Shown: positions 20,025-30,100 of the stretch, piece by piece
How positions within the stretch are numbered: position 1 is the first letter of the stretch
Layout: every line of letters starts with the position of its first letter
Assembly (NCBI GenBank): GCA_049320885.1
Contig: JBMORA010000012.1
Location: 32,001-96,000, forward strand
Length of the DNA stretch: 64,000 bases
Source: Thermodesulfobacteriota bacterium
GTDB lineage: Bacteria; Desulfobacterota; Desulfobacteria; Desulfobacterales; SURF-7
Direction: 5' to 3'
Program-made: the position numbers and the translations under genes
Notes under the pieces: model-generated
What the model was told of the DNA's origin: nothing
Database searches by the model: none
Seen by the model: the letters and a program-made list of their open reading frames with translations, nothing else

Positions 20025-20101
20025 ACCGGAAAACAATTCCGGATCCGTCTCATCATCACCGTCCGGATTTATCCGGAAAGCAGCCCCGGGAATTGTTCCG
20101 T

Positions 20102-21349
20102 TCATTTCAAGTCGGCGCCTGACCGCAGCGCCTGAAACAGGCGGGTCATGACCGGTACCACGGATTTGCCGGGGGTGTTGATCATGATCACAAAACGAAA
20201 CGGTCTTCCGGTTTCGGTTTCCACATATCCCGCCCGGGTCTGGACTCCTGAAAGGGTGCCGGTTTTGAAATACTGCCCGTTTTCCTTGCGCATCAGCCGC
20301 CGATGAGGTTCGAAGGCGGTCAGGATTTTTTCGAGCATCCGGGCCGACAGGCGGTTTCCCCGGGACAGCCCCGAACCTTCCTCGATCCGCAAGCCCTTGA
20401 TTCCCAATATCCGATCCGCGTAACCGGTGATGGCCCGGACCCCTTTGTCCAGATTCCCCGGCGGACCGAACTGCCCGGCGCCGGCGGCGATGAACAGCTG
20501 GTTGGCGATGTAGTTGTTGGAGAAATAGAGCATCCTTTCGATGACCTCCGCCAGCGGATAGGGGGATACCTGCCGGTACAGGAGCCGGGAGGATTCCGTC
20601 CTGACCGAGCCTGGCCGGACCGTCCGGCCGGTCTGAATTCCCGCCTTGGTCAGGAAATGGTCAAACAGGTGCCCGGCGTACAGAACCGCTTCATGGCCTT
20701 CGTTGGTGAGAAGGATTCTGCCGCTGGCGAGCTTCGTGGACCGGATCCGGGGAAGGACGACGGGTACGAGGGGGGTTTGGGGTTCGGCGCTGACATACCG
20801 TCCGGTTCCGGGATCTTTTCGAAAGGCGACGGAGTTGAAATTCACGCACAAGCCGCCGTTGGGGGCGTCATAGGGCTCCAGGGAGCGGGCGGCTGCTCCG
20901 GGAACGAGAACAGGGGCGCTGAAATAGCTGTCGTCCAGAATGATCCCGCGGACCCGGGTGATCCGCCTGGCCAGTTCCTCGGCCGCTTCCGCCACGACTT
21001 CGGAGACCAGCAGGGGATCGCCGTAGCCTTTGATGACCAGGTTCGATTCCGCATCGAGATAAAAATCCGTATAAAAGCGAAAATCCGGCCCCAGGGCATG
21101 GAGGGCGAAAAGGGCGGTGAGGACTTTGGTTACCGAGGCCGGCACCAGCAAGCTGTCCGCGTTTTTGGCGACCACCGTGCGACCGGTGGGATCCGTTACC
21201 AGCAGGGAGTCCCGGCTGCCGATCATGGCGGTGAGGTTCACCGGAGTCGCCCCGGAATGGGCGGTTCCGGAAACCGCCAGCAGGCAGGCCAGGAGGAGTC
21301 CGGGCAGCAGCCGGGGATGACGGTGACGTGAAACCGCTTTCGGCATCAT
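20102..21349 (-). CDS. dacB: D-alanyl-D-alanine carboxypeptidase (peptidase S13, PBP4-like)
   Basis: Signal peptide; PASVTK (SxxK), SNN, EGSGLSR and KTGTL motifs. Confidence 0.9.
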   Translation of the reverse strand: MMPKAVSRHRHPRLLPGLLLACLLAVSGTAHSGATPVNLTAMIGSRDSLLVTDPTGRTVVAKNADSLLVPASVTKVLTALFALHALGPDFRFYTDFYLDAESNLVIKGYGDPLLVSEVVAEAAEELARRITRVRGIILDDSYFSAPVLVPGAAARSLEPYDAPNGGLCVNFNSVAFRKDPGTGRYVSAEPQTPLVPVVLPRIRSTKLASGRILLTNEGHEAVLYAGHLFDHFLTKAGIQTGRTVRPGSVRTESSRLLYRQVSPYPLAEVIERMLYFSNNYIANQLFIAAGAGQFGPPGNLDKGVRAITGYADRILGIKGLRIEEGSGLSRGNRLSARMLEKILTAFEPHRRLMRKENGQYFKTGTLSGVQTRAGYVETETGRPFRFVIMINTPGKSVVPVMTRLFQALRSGADLK

Positions 21350-21789
21350 GCGCCGCTTTCCAGAATCAGGGTGACCGGACCGTCGTTGATGAGATGGACC
21401 TGCATCATGGCGCCGAAGCGGCCGGTGGCTGCCTGCAGGCCGCGGCCGCGAAGCCTTTCCACAAAGGATTCATAGAGCCGATTGGCTGTATCCGGTGGGG
21501 CGGCTCCCGTGAAGGAGGGCCGGCGGCCCTTGCGGCAGTCGCCCAAAAGCGTGAACTGGGAAACCACGAGTATCCGGCCGCCGGTTTCCAGCAGGGACCG
21601 GTTCATTTTTCCGTTTTGATCCTCGAAAATCCGCAGGTTGGCAATCTTGTCCGCCAGATAGTCCGCCTCCGCGTCGGTATCGCCCGCGGCGACGCCCAGC
21701 AGCACCAGGAGGCCCCCGGAAATGGCGGCGATTTTCTCGCCATCCACGTGGACACTGCTTTCCTTGACTCTCTGAATCACCGCGCGCAT
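21346..21789 (-). CDS. dtd: D-aminoacyl-tRNA deacylase
   Basis: [19 protein letters not shown]. Confidence 0.97.
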   Translation of the reverse strand: MRAVIQRVKESSVHVDGEKIAAISGGLLVLLGVAAGDTDAEADYLADKIANLRIFEDQNGKMNRSLLETGGRILVVSQFTLLGDCRKGRRPSFTGAAPPDTANRLYESFVERLRGRGLQAATGRFGAMMQVHLINDGPVTLILESGA

Positions 21790-21845
21790 GAACAGCCGCA
21801 TATCAGAAATCGGGCAGGGACTCAATGCGGAAATGACCAGCCGGA

Positions 21846-23252
21846 TCAGGAAATCAGATTGATCACATCCCCCTTCAAGGTGTTTTCGACTTCGATGACT
21901 TTCAGATTCGCCTCGAAATGACGCTGGAACAGGGTCAGGGCGGCGAATTCCTCCACCAGATCGACATTGGAGGATTCCAGGGCCTGGGGAACGATGCCGC
22001 CGAAGCCGCCGGAGCCCGGGCTGCCGGTGAGGGCGGCGCCGGAATCGCCGGTTTCGGCGTATAGATTGTTGCCCAGCTGCTGGAGGCCGTTCGGATTCCG
22101 GAATCTAGCCGTGGCCACTTGGAACAGATCGACCAGGTCGCCGTTGGAATAACTGCCGGTAATGACCCCGTCCGCGCCCACGGATATGGAAACCAGCTCT
22201 CCGGCATGATAGCCGTCCGAGGCGGAAAAAACCGTGTGGGAGGGTGCGGCGAACTGGGTGGAGGATGGCTCGGTCATGGCCCAGTTGTTTCCGTTGTAGG
22301 CAGCGCCGAAATCCAGCGCCACCGTCATGGGAGGGGCGCCACCGCCGGAAAAATCGGCCTGAAACGCGAAATGGCCGTTGACCAGGTCGGCGGAGGCATC
22401 CGCGGGAGACCAGGAGCCGTCGCCGTTGTTTTGTTCCATCGTCATATCGGTAAACTGGCCGGAGTTGTTGAATTTCAGTTCCCCCCTGGCCAGCAGGCCT
22501 TTGTTTTCTCCGGCAGCTTGAGGGCGTTGATCCTCCGCCGGGTTCACCGTTACCATATATTCCCAGCTTCCTTCGTTTTCCCCTTTGTCGAAATAAATGG
22601 TCACATCGTGGGCGGCGCCCAGGGAGTCGTAAACGGTCACGGTGGCTTGGTAGGCATAATTCCGGTCGGCGATCGGGCGTCCGTCCGGTGATTCGCCGTT
22701 CCAGGCCGCCGAAAGACCGTTGGTTCCGGCGCTGTGATTCGCCGAAGCCGCGTCGAGATTGACGATCTGGGTGACCATGGTGGTTTCCCGGGGAGGGGAG
22801 GTGAACAGGGTCGCCGAAATATTCCCGATGGCCCCCTGGGGGGCCGAGGTGGCGGGGTCTATTTTCCAGCCCTGCACCACATAACCACTGGAATTGACAA
22901 GGCTGCCTTTCTGATCAAAATGGAAGTCGCCTTCCCGGGTGTAATAAGATCCGCCGTCCGGGTCCCGGACAATGAAAAAACCGTCCCCGCCGATGGCCAT
23001 GCTGGTGGGAGAATCGGCCCGCTCAAAGGCGCCCTGTTGAAAAATCTGGGAAATATCACCGAGGGTCGAACCCCGGCCCACCTGGTCGGTGCCGGAAGCC
23101 GTGGCCACCGAATAGGTCGGAAGGGAAGCAGCGGTGGAGCGGCTCTTTTTATATCCCTGGGTGGAGACATTGGATACGTTGTTGGCGGTGTTGCGGATCC
23201 GTTCCCCCAGACTTCTGACCGCCGAGATGGCCGGCGTGATTCCTTGGATCAT
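21846..23252 (-). CDS. flgE: flagellar hook protein FlgE-like paralog (orphan)
   Basis: [14 protein letters not shown]-terminus, GDGFF..YTREGDF, VYDSLG (FlaE domain), [21 protein letters not shown]. Confidence 0.88.
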   Translation of the reverse strand: MIQGITPAISAVRSLGERIRNTANNVSNVSTQGYKKSRSTAASLPTYSVATASGTDQVGRGSTLGDISQIFQQGAFERADSPTSMAIGGDGFFIVRDPDGGSYYTREGDFHFDQKGSLVNSSGYVVQGWKIDPATSAPQGAIGNISATLFTSPPRETTMVTQIVNLDAASANHSAGTNGLSAAWNGESPDGRPIADRNYAYQATVTVYDSLGAAHDVTIYFDKGENEGSWEYMVTVNPAEDQRPQAAGENKGLLARGELKFNNSGQFTDMTMEQNNGDGSWSPADASADLVNGHFAFQADFSGGGAPPMTVALDFGAAYNGNNWAMTEPSSTQFAAPSHTVFSASDGYHAGELVSISVGADGVITGSYSNGDLVDLFQVATARFRNPNGLQQLGNNLYAETGDSGAALTGSPGSGGFGGIVPQALESSNVDLVEEFAALTLFQRHFEANLKVIEVENTLKGDVINLIS

Positions 23253-23308
23253 GGCGATCCCTCCTGTATTGTTCTCGATCTTGTTCCCAGACAAACCACT
23301 ACGGTTTG

Positions 23309-23336
23309 TTATCGGCAGGTCGGCGGGAAAACTGTA
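23309..23336 (-). promoter_or_regulatory. sigma28 (FliA)-type promoter of the flgE paralog
   Basis: Minus strand reads TACAGTTT-N12-GCCGATAA: perfect -10 and one mismatch to TAAAGTTT; 56 nt upstream of the start. Confidence 0.75.
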
Positions 23337-23490
23337 GCCTTTTCGAATGGCGGCGCTGCTTGGCGGGCCAATTTTTTCACCACGGATGTCACCGATAAAA
23401 GCAGACGGGCTTTTCCGGCAATGCCGACAGCCGGTAGTCCCGAAGGAGCAGGGTGGGCATTTTTTGTCGCGTATCTTGGGGCCAGCCTGG

Positions 23491-24744
23491 TTACTGGCCC
23501 GTCAGCTGCTGCGTGATGGCGACGAGGATATTGTCGATCGTCCCGGCGGTCAGGGTGAGAACCGGTGAGCCGGTGGCCGGGTTGACATAAAAACCGACCA
23601 TATCCCCCGCCGTGGGTTCCGGCAGGCCGCTTTGGTTGTCGGGGTCCCACAAGCCTACCACCAGGACGCCGTCGCCGGGTTTCAGCCCGCTGTCGGACAG
23701 ATCAAGGTGAAAATCGAGGGTGTTGTCCGGCAGGCGCTGGAAATGACGCAGGTTCTGGACGATGCTGTCCAGGTCGTAGGGATTCGCCTCGTCCGTGGCA
23801 ACCATCACGAACAGCGGTCCGGGAACGGCGGTTTGCCCTGGAACAATCAATTCTCCGTGGATCTCGAGGGGTTCGGTTCCAGAAGGCCGGTCCGCCACGG
23901 TCACCAGAAACCCGAGGTCGATCCCGGCGGTCACTCCCGCCGGGATGGTCAGGGCCGCCGGCAGGTAGGGCGGTCCCATGGTGAAATAGCCGATTTTGTC
24001 GCCGGCGTTCATGCCGCCGTTTTCATCGGCATCCAGCAGCGCCAGGATCCGCACTTCTTCAATGGGAACATTGTAACCGAAGGGTAGAATGGGCAGAACA
24101 TAGTCCACCGGCGCGCCCTGTATTTCCAGCCGGGAAAAGCCCACGATCTTGTCCGGATCAATTGCGGCCGAATCCAGGGAGGCGATGGCGCCGGCATAGG
24201 CGATCAGGGTGACATCGCCGTTCTCGGTGCCCAGAATCCTTCCGGTCACGGCGGCTGAAAAATCAAAGATTTCCCGGCTGATGTGGATATTCAGGCCGCT
24301 GTTGTCACCTTGGGCCAGGGTATAGGAAATCGACAGTGTCGCGGGATCGATCCAGAAACCGATGATATCCCCGGTATCCGGAAACGGCGCCCGGTCCGCG
24401 GGCGACAGGTCGATGAAAGCGGCGATAAAGACCTGATCGCCGGCGGTCAGACCCCGGTCGCTGAGATCGACATGAAAGGTGTTATCGGACGGATTCACGC
24501 CCACATAGGCGATGACGGAATTCAGCGGGTCGTTCAAAATGGCCGATACGTCGTTGCCGCGGGCCACCAGCAGCATCACCGGCTGGCCGGGATGCTCGGC
24601 CAGGGCCTCGCCGCCTACGCTGCCGGAAATACTCATTCCCATCGGGGGGTCGGGTTCACCGCAGGCGCAGAGCGCCAGGACCGCCGAAAGGAAGATCAGT
24701 CGCCGTAATGTGGAACCGCATGTATTCATGTGAGTTGCGAACAT
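23491..24744 (-). CDS. hypothetical lipoprotein with three ~125-aa repeats
   Basis: Lipobox LCAC; three units each ending in D..GD(I/K/M)(I/V)G(F/Y); start may be 24729. Confidence 0.75.
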   Translation of the reverse strand: MFATHMNTCGSTLRRLIFLSAVLALCACGEPDPPMGMSISGSVGGEALAEHPGQPVMLLVARGNDVSAILNDPLNSVIAYVGVNPSDNTFHVDLSDRGLTAGDQVFIAAFIDLSPADRAPFPDTGDIIGFWIDPATLSISYTLAQGDNSGLNIHISREIFDFSAAVTGRILGTENGDVTLIAYAGAIASLDSAAIDPDKIVGFSRLEIQGAPVDYVLPILPFGYNVPIEEVRILALLDADENGGMNAGDKIGYFTMGPPYLPAALTIPAGVTAGIDLGFLVTVADRPSGTEPLEIHGELIVPGQTAVPGPLFVMVATDEANPYDLDSIVQNLRHFQRLPDNTLDFHLDLSDSGLKPGDGVLVVGLWDPDNQSGLPEPTAGDMVGFYVNPATGSPVLTLTAGTIDNILVAITQQLTGQ

Positions 24745-24762
24745 GGTCCGTTATCCTTGTGG

Positions 24763-26319
24763 TTAGTATTCATACCGCAACTGAAACGTCACCATATCGT
24801 TGTCGCGGTAATAATAGAAGGAATTCTGAATCAGTTCTCCGGGTTCTTCCTGGCCGGAGATTCCGGCGTAGGCCAGCTCCAGGGTGATACCGTTCTGGAA
24901 ATCCCAGCCGATTTCCGGTTTGTACATCCGGCCGCCGTTGCGGGTGTCGAAAATGGCGGTGAAGGCCACCGGAATGCGACCGTTGTAAAACGTGTCCTCG
25001 TATTTGAAGCTCAGGAGATCGCTGAACAGATAGGGCTGGGACACGTCCTTTTTGAAAAATTTGGATTGAAACCATTCGAAGGTGAAGACGGATTCCCCTT
25101 CATGTTCTTCCAGCAGGCGGTGGAGGGGAATGAAATAATTGAATCCCAGGGCATAGGAAACATAGGGCGACTCCTCCACCTCGTAGGGAAAGCGGACATC
25201 CGTGAAGGATACGTTCTGCTCCACGATATTGGGTTTGTTGGGCGAGTAGGCGGCCTCGCATTGGACAACGAAATCGCCGATGGTGCGGCTGAAATCCAGG
25301 CCGAAGTAATTCACCACGGAATATTGCTGCTGGATGACCACCGATACGGGCCGGTTGGTCTCCACTTGCACGGCGGTGGGCACCAGGGCCGGTTCACGGT
25401 CGGGTCCATGGTAGGCGCTGACGGACACGTCGCTCTCCAGAATATTGGTGGACAGCCGGAAGCCGTACCCGAAATTTTTCGGTTCCACCGTCATGCCGTC
25501 GCTTTCCTCGAACACCATGCGGTAGAGGATGTCGTCCTGGCGCAGGGACCAGAAATTGTCGTTGGGGGCGAGTTGCATGGAAACATGGACGGGCATGAAC
25601 ACCAGTTCCAGGGTATGGTCATCCAGGAAGAGCATGGAGGAAACGGCCGGCACGCCGAAGCGGAATTCATCGTCGTCGCGGAAAACGAATTCGCGCAGAT
25701 CGTAGGGATTAAAATAGGCGGTGGGGTTGATGCCGTCGGCGGTACCCCAGCTGAACATCTGGTTGCCCAGGCGCAACCGGAAGCTGTCCCGGCCGTAATT
25801 CAGGTAGAGTTCGTTGAAGGCGATTTCACCATCCGTGGAGGTGATCCGCAGATTCCGCTTGATATCCGATTCGGCGGTATACCGATAGTCTTTTTCATCA
25901 TCCTCTTTCCAGAAAACCGCCTGGTAATACTGGTCCGACGCCATGAACAGATGCAGATCATCCTCGCCGAACCTGGCTTCCAGCCGGTTCCGGATCTCGT
26001 TTTTCTTGACGGCGTCCCCGAAATCCTGATCCCGGTAGGTGTTGAGGAAAGATTGCAATTCGATGAATCCGTTATAGGTCAACAGCGAGTCTTCCTCCTC
26101 CTCCGTATCTTCTTCCAGGTCGTCTCCTTCCGTTGCGTCTTCATCGGACCCGGGCTCTTCCGTTTCATCGGGCCCGGAACCGCCGGTGCCGACGGCGCTC
26201 GAGGCAGCCGGGGGTTGCTCGGCAGCCGAAGCGTCGGGGGAGGCGGATGAAAAGAACAGGCCGCCGCAAAGAACCAGGATGGCCAGAACAACAGCTGGGT
26301 GAAAGTTCCTCGTTTTCAT
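24763..26319 (-). CDS. putative outer-membrane beta-barrel protein (DUF1302-like)
   Basis: Signal peptide, acidic linker, ELYLNY..LRLGNQMFSWGTADGINPT pattern, C-terminal aromatic strand FQLRYEY. Confidence 0.75.
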   Translation of the reverse strand: MKTRNFHPAVVLAILVLCGGLFFSSASPDASAAEQPPAASSAVGTGGSGPDETEEPGSDEDATEGDDLEEDTEEEEDSLLTYNGFIELQSFLNTYRDQDFGDAVKKNEIRNRLEARFGEDDLHLFMASDQYYQAVFWKEDDEKDYRYTAESDIKRNLRITSTDGEIAFNELYLNYGRDSFRLRLGNQMFSWGTADGINPTAYFNPYDLREFVFRDDDEFRFGVPAVSSMLFLDDHTLELVFMPVHVSMQLAPNDNFWSLRQDDILYRMVFEESDGMTVEPKNFGYGFRLSTNILESDVSVSAYHGPDREPALVPTAVQVETNRPVSVVIQQQYSVVNYFGLDFSRTIGDFVVQCEAAYSPNKPNIVEQNVSFTDVRFPYEVEESPYVSYALGFNYFIPLHRLLEEHEGESVFTFEWFQSKFFKKDVSQPYLFSDLLSFKYEDTFYNGRIPVAFTAIFDTRNGGRMYKPEIGWDFQNGITLELAYAGISGQEEPGELIQNSFYYYRDNDMVTFQLRYEY

Positions 26320-26933
26320 CGGATGGGACCACCTGTGATTTGGTTTTGTTGACCCAGATAATATGCCTTGATCCCTTCCCAGTGGATCAGGAGCGCTTCC
26401 GCCAGAAAGGCCGTGATCTCCTGTTCGCCCTTCAGTTCCCGGACGTACTGGTGGAGGGAGTTGTTGATCAGACTGGCCAGGCCGTGACTGAATATCCAGT
26501 TGGAGAACAGAAACCGCTCCCGTTGCTTGTCGGTAAAGGAACTCATCAGCGGATACTCGGAAAGCATGTTCAGATCGTCGTACCAGATGACCTCACCGTG
26601 CTTGACATACAGGGCCATGCGGTCTTCATCGTTGATGAACCGGAAAAGATGTTTTTCCTTCATGGCGAAGAGAATGTACCCGACCCCCTTGTTAAGCAGC
26701 TTGTCGCCTGTTTCGACCTCCTGCTGGTATTTCCGCATGACCAGCAGGGATTCCTTGATCAGTTCGCTTTCGAGGTTTTTCATCGATTTGAGGTAGGTGT
26801 AGATCGGCGTGGTGGAGGATTGCAGGGCCTTGGCGATGGAGCGGGCGGACACTTCCTTCCAGCCGCTTTCCCGGAGAACGGCAAAAGCGGCGGCGATGAT
26901 ATCCTCATTCGAGAAGCGCGTCTTGGGCGGCAT
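26316..26933 (-). CDS. TetR/AcrR family transcriptional regulator
   Basis: MPPKTRFSNEDII..SARSIAKAL.SSTTPIYTY helix-turn-helix. Confidence 0.9.
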   Translation of the reverse strand: MPPKTRFSNEDIIAAAFAVLRESGWKEVSARSIAKALQSSTTPIYTYLKSMKNLESELIKESLLVMRKYQQEVETGDKLLNKGVGYILFAMKEKHLFRFINDEDRMALYVKHGEVIWYDDLNMLSEYPLMSSFTDKQRERFLFSNWIFSHGLASLINNSLHQYVRELKGEQEITAFLAEALLIHWEGIKAYYLGQQNQITGGPIR

Positions 26934-26958
26934 GTTGTCCTTGGAACGGCAATTTTGG

Positions 26959-27010
26959 GAACATTTGTTATATAACGCATGTTATAGGAACAAGCCGTCC
27001 CCTATGTCAA
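26959..27010 (-). promoter_or_regulatory. sigma70 promoter with overlapping palindromic operator (likely TetR autoregulation)
   Basis: Minus strand TTGACA-N18-TATAAC; palindrome TATAAC-N4-GTTATA at 26971-26986 and a weaker adjacent copy at 26959-26972. Confidence 0.65.
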
Positions 27011-27202
27011 GTATCATTTTTTCATTCATGTAAATCGGCTGATGTTCATGTATACAGGGCAAAGTGAATCGCTGTTCCGACTTTAGCTATTTTGGCTGTG
27101 GAAATGATGTCAAAGCCGCGCTATCCGGTATTGACAGGAGGGGTGTTGCGCCGGTAATGTAGTCGAATGTATACAAACCAATTCCGGTTATAGGGGGTGG
27201 AT

Positions 27203-30100
27203 ATGCATTCCATGGGACGAAGAACCTTTCTGAAGGGTGCGGGGTATGGAGCTGCCCTGCTTGCGGGACAAACCGTCGGAAATCCTGTGAAAAAAGCCAA
27301 GGCGGCCTGCCTGGCGCGACCAAGAGGCACCGGCATGTATTCAACCGGCCCGGCGCCGGAAATCGACGCCGCCGGCTTTGATTTTTATACGCACCATAAA
27401 TCGAAACTCGTGGCGGCCGTCGCGGATCCGGAGATGCGCAGGGCGGTGTTTGACGTTTCCGTAAATCCGATATCACCATCCCGGGAACCCCTGACGTTTT
27501 CCGTTGTTCCGGAAACACCGATGGACGGATGGAGCCTCGATCTGTCAACGGCTTCCCTCGTTCTTGGAAAAGAAGGGAAAACGATTCAATGCCGTGTTAC
27601 CGCGCCAGCGGAAATTCCTGAACAAAAAACCATCCGCTTCAAGGTGATCGGCAGACGCGGCGCTGAAACCCAGGAAATCAAATTGAAGGTAACGGTGTTG
27701 ACCGCCATGCCGAAGCTGGAACCCGGGCTTTCCGATACCGGGGTGCGGGAGCAACTGGTGAAAGTCACCGCCGGAGAACCGGTCGCTTTCCGGCTGTCCC
27801 TTGCCAATTCAGGACATGCCGAAGACCGGTTTGATCTGCATGTCAAGGGGCCGGCCGGCTGGCGCATCAGAATCCTGGATTCCCGGGGACGCGAGATCCG
27901 GCATCTGGATGTCCAACCGATGGGCGGGATGTTTCAATGGGAATACCCGGAAGAATTCCGTCTTGAAATCATCCCGCCGCAAGGCGCTCCCAGGAAAAGA
28001 ATGGAGGCCTTTACCGTTCAGGCACTTGCCCGGGCCACCGGAATGACGGATTTCCTGACGGTGCGGGTTTTTCATTCCGAATCCCTGTTTTCCATCCATG
28101 ATCTTGATGGATTCGATCCTCACAGCCATTACCTCCGGCCCGGCGCCATGACCAGTTACATTCTGCATGTGACCAACCCTTCCGACAAACCGGAACCATT
28201 CCGGTTTACGGTAACAGCCTTGCCGGCCGGCTGGAAAACCAATTTCAACCAGCAGACCATCACCGTGGGCGGCGGCGGCCATGACACCTTGATGCTGCGC
28301 CTGGAGTCGCCCCATACGGCCAAAGCCGGCGACTGCTGCATCATCGAGGTCGTTGCTGAAAACGCCTCCGGAGAGCGGGCCGGGCGCGTCCGGCTGCGAG
28401 CCGAGGTCTACCTGATTCCGAAAATCTATTTTCTAGTAATCGATTCGTTGGATTATGCCTATCTGGAGCTGAACCGCGACGGCGAGGGACCGGGGAAGGA
28501 GGGCGACTGGCTGTGTCCCGCCATCCGGCGATTCATGAAGAAAGGAACCTCCTTCTCGAACGCCCGTTGCGGAATGCCGGCCGCGACGGACATGAATCAC
28601 ACCACCATCATGTCCGGGGCCGTCACCGGCACCCTGGGGGCTTACTGGGTCTCCGGCTATTACGCCGGACTGGATGATGTGGGCGATATCCGGATCGTCC
28701 GTCCGTCCCCGGAGGTCCTGCGCCACGGAAAGGACGGGAAAAAACTGAAGCGGATTTTCGACCTGGTGAAGGAGCGCTATCCGGAAGCCCGCTCCGCGGT
28801 GATCAGCAACAAACCCTGGGTCAGCCACCTGCACGAGGACGGCGAAGCAGTGGCGTTGGGGGTGACGGGATCACGTTTTCCGGTGTACGGTTCGCCGCCG
28901 CCGCCGTATGTTCTCGGCGATCCACCCACGGATGACGATTCTTCGGACCGCCGCCCCATCAAGCCGCCGGATCTGATTGTGAACGGCAATCCGATCGAAC
29001 TCCTTCCCCAGGTGCTCAGCGGCGATTTTCATCTGTTGAGGGCTGTGATCCAGGATATCGGTGAGTACCTCGGCGCCAAACCCGGCGCATTTCCGGATGA
29101 CCGTTGGATTGCCGACACGGCGCGTGCGATGATCCGGGAGGAGGATCCGGAGGTGTTGTATGTCAACCTGGCGGCCACGGACGAGGCCGGGCACGTTTTC
29201 GGGGCCGCCTGGGACCCGGAAGAATGGCGCAGGTCCAAGGGGTTACTGTATGGCGAACACTGGGTCAGCCGGTATTCGGAGCAGGCCAGGAGGGGGGAAA
29301 TCCTGGATGTTGTCCGGGAGGCGGACCGCCGCTTCGGCGACATCGTTCAGGAGATCGAGGACAGGGGCATGACGGAACATTCCCTGATCGTTTTCGCGGC
29401 CGATCACAGCATGATCACCGAAGGATACTGCCAGCAGGGATTTGCTCCCCTGGATATCAAGGAATATCTGCGCTCCCGGGGCATCATTTCTCCCCGTCAT
29501 TACGGCACCGCCTGGGCCCTGAATCACTGGGCGGCGATCTTCGATGTCCGGGATGACGCCACGCGGCAGGTCATCGCCGATCAATTGAGATCCATGGCGG
29601 TGGATGATCCGTTGTCGGGGAATGGGTTCCATCCCTGTATTGTCCTGGATGAAGAAGGCCTGCGGAGCGGCAAGGACCGGACCAACCCGTTCATACCGGA
29701 AGCCGAACAACGCATCACCGAGCCGGATGAACTGTATTCCGAATATTATAAGATGGTTGCCTCCGACGGGATCCGCTGGCCGGAAATCGCCGTGTTTTTT
29801 CGCGGACATTATCAGGCCACGACGCCAGGGGACGCCATGATCCGGGGTGTCAACGGCATGGGGGAACGGGTGCCGGTCCTGGCCAAATCCGGCAACCGTC
29901 TGGTGGGCATTCACGGTTCCGCCATGACCACCCACGTGCCGATGGTTTTCTCCGGACCGGGGGTGATTGCCGGAAAGGAGATCCCGGATCCGGCGCGGCT
30001 GCACGACATCCTGCCCACCCTCTGCCATCTTTTGGGATTCGAGATCCCGGAAACAGCGGCTGGAGTCATCCGGCGGGAAATTCTGACGGCGGGGCGGTAA
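27203..30100 (+). CDS. Tat-exported alkaline phosphatase superfamily (NPP/phosphodiesterase-type) protein with N-terminal Ig-like (NEW3-like) repeats
   Basis: GRRTFLKG Tat motif; repeated N.S/G....F...V..PAGW units; VIDSL, ATDMNHTTIMSG, DEAGH, ADH and GIHG metal/catalytic motifs. Confidence 0.8.
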   Translation: MHSMGRRTFLKGAGYGAALLAGQTVGNPVKKAKAACLARPRGTGMYSTGPAPEIDAAGFDFYTHHKSKLVAAVADPEMRRAVFDVSVNPISPSREPLTFSVVPETPMDGWSLDLSTASLVLGKEGKTIQCRVTAPAEIPEQKTIRFKVIGRRGAETQEIKLKVTVLTAMPKLEPGLSDTGVREQLVKVTAGEPVAFRLSLANSGHAEDRFDLHVKGPAGWRIRILDSRGREIRHLDVQPMGGMFQWEYPEEFRLEIIPPQGAPRKRMEAFTVQALARATGMTDFLTVRVFHSESLFSIHDLDGFDPHSHYLRPGAMTSYILHVTNPSDKPEPFRFTVTALPAGWKTNFNQQTITVGGGGHDTLMLRLESPHTAKAGDCCIIEVVAENASGERAGRVRLRAEVYLIPKIYFLVIDSLDYAYLELNRDGEGPGKEGDWLCPAIRRFMKKGTSFSNARCGMPAATDMNHTTIMSGAVTGTLGAYWVSGYYAGLDDVGDIRIVRPSPEVLRHGKDGKKLKRIFDLVKERYPEARSAVISNKPWVSHLHEDGEAVALGVTGSRFPVYGSPPPPYVLGDPPTDDDSSDRRPIKPPDLIVNGNPIELLPQVLSGDFHLLRAVIQDIGEYLGAKPGAFPDDRWIADTARAMIREEDPEVLYVNLAATDEAGHVFGAAWDPEEWRRSKGLLYGEHWVSRYSEQARRGEILDVVREADRRFGDIVQEIEDRGMTEHSLIVFAADHSMITEGYCQQGFAPLDIKEYLRSRGIISPRHYGTAWALNHWAAIFDVRDDATRQVIADQLRSMAVDDPLSGNGFHPCIVLDEEGLRSGKDRTNPFIPEAEQRITEPDELYSEYYKMVASDGIRWPEIAVFFRGHYQATTPGDAMIRGVNGMGERVPVLAKSGNRLVGIHGSAMTTHVPMVFSGPGVIAGKEIPDPARLHDILPTLCHLLGFEIPETAAGVIRREILTAGR

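Noticed and set aside
27053..27120. 'ACAGGGCAAA' resembling the start of a c-di-GMP-I riboswitch
   Set aside because: The GNRA-capped stem and the downstream GACGCAAAG segment are absent
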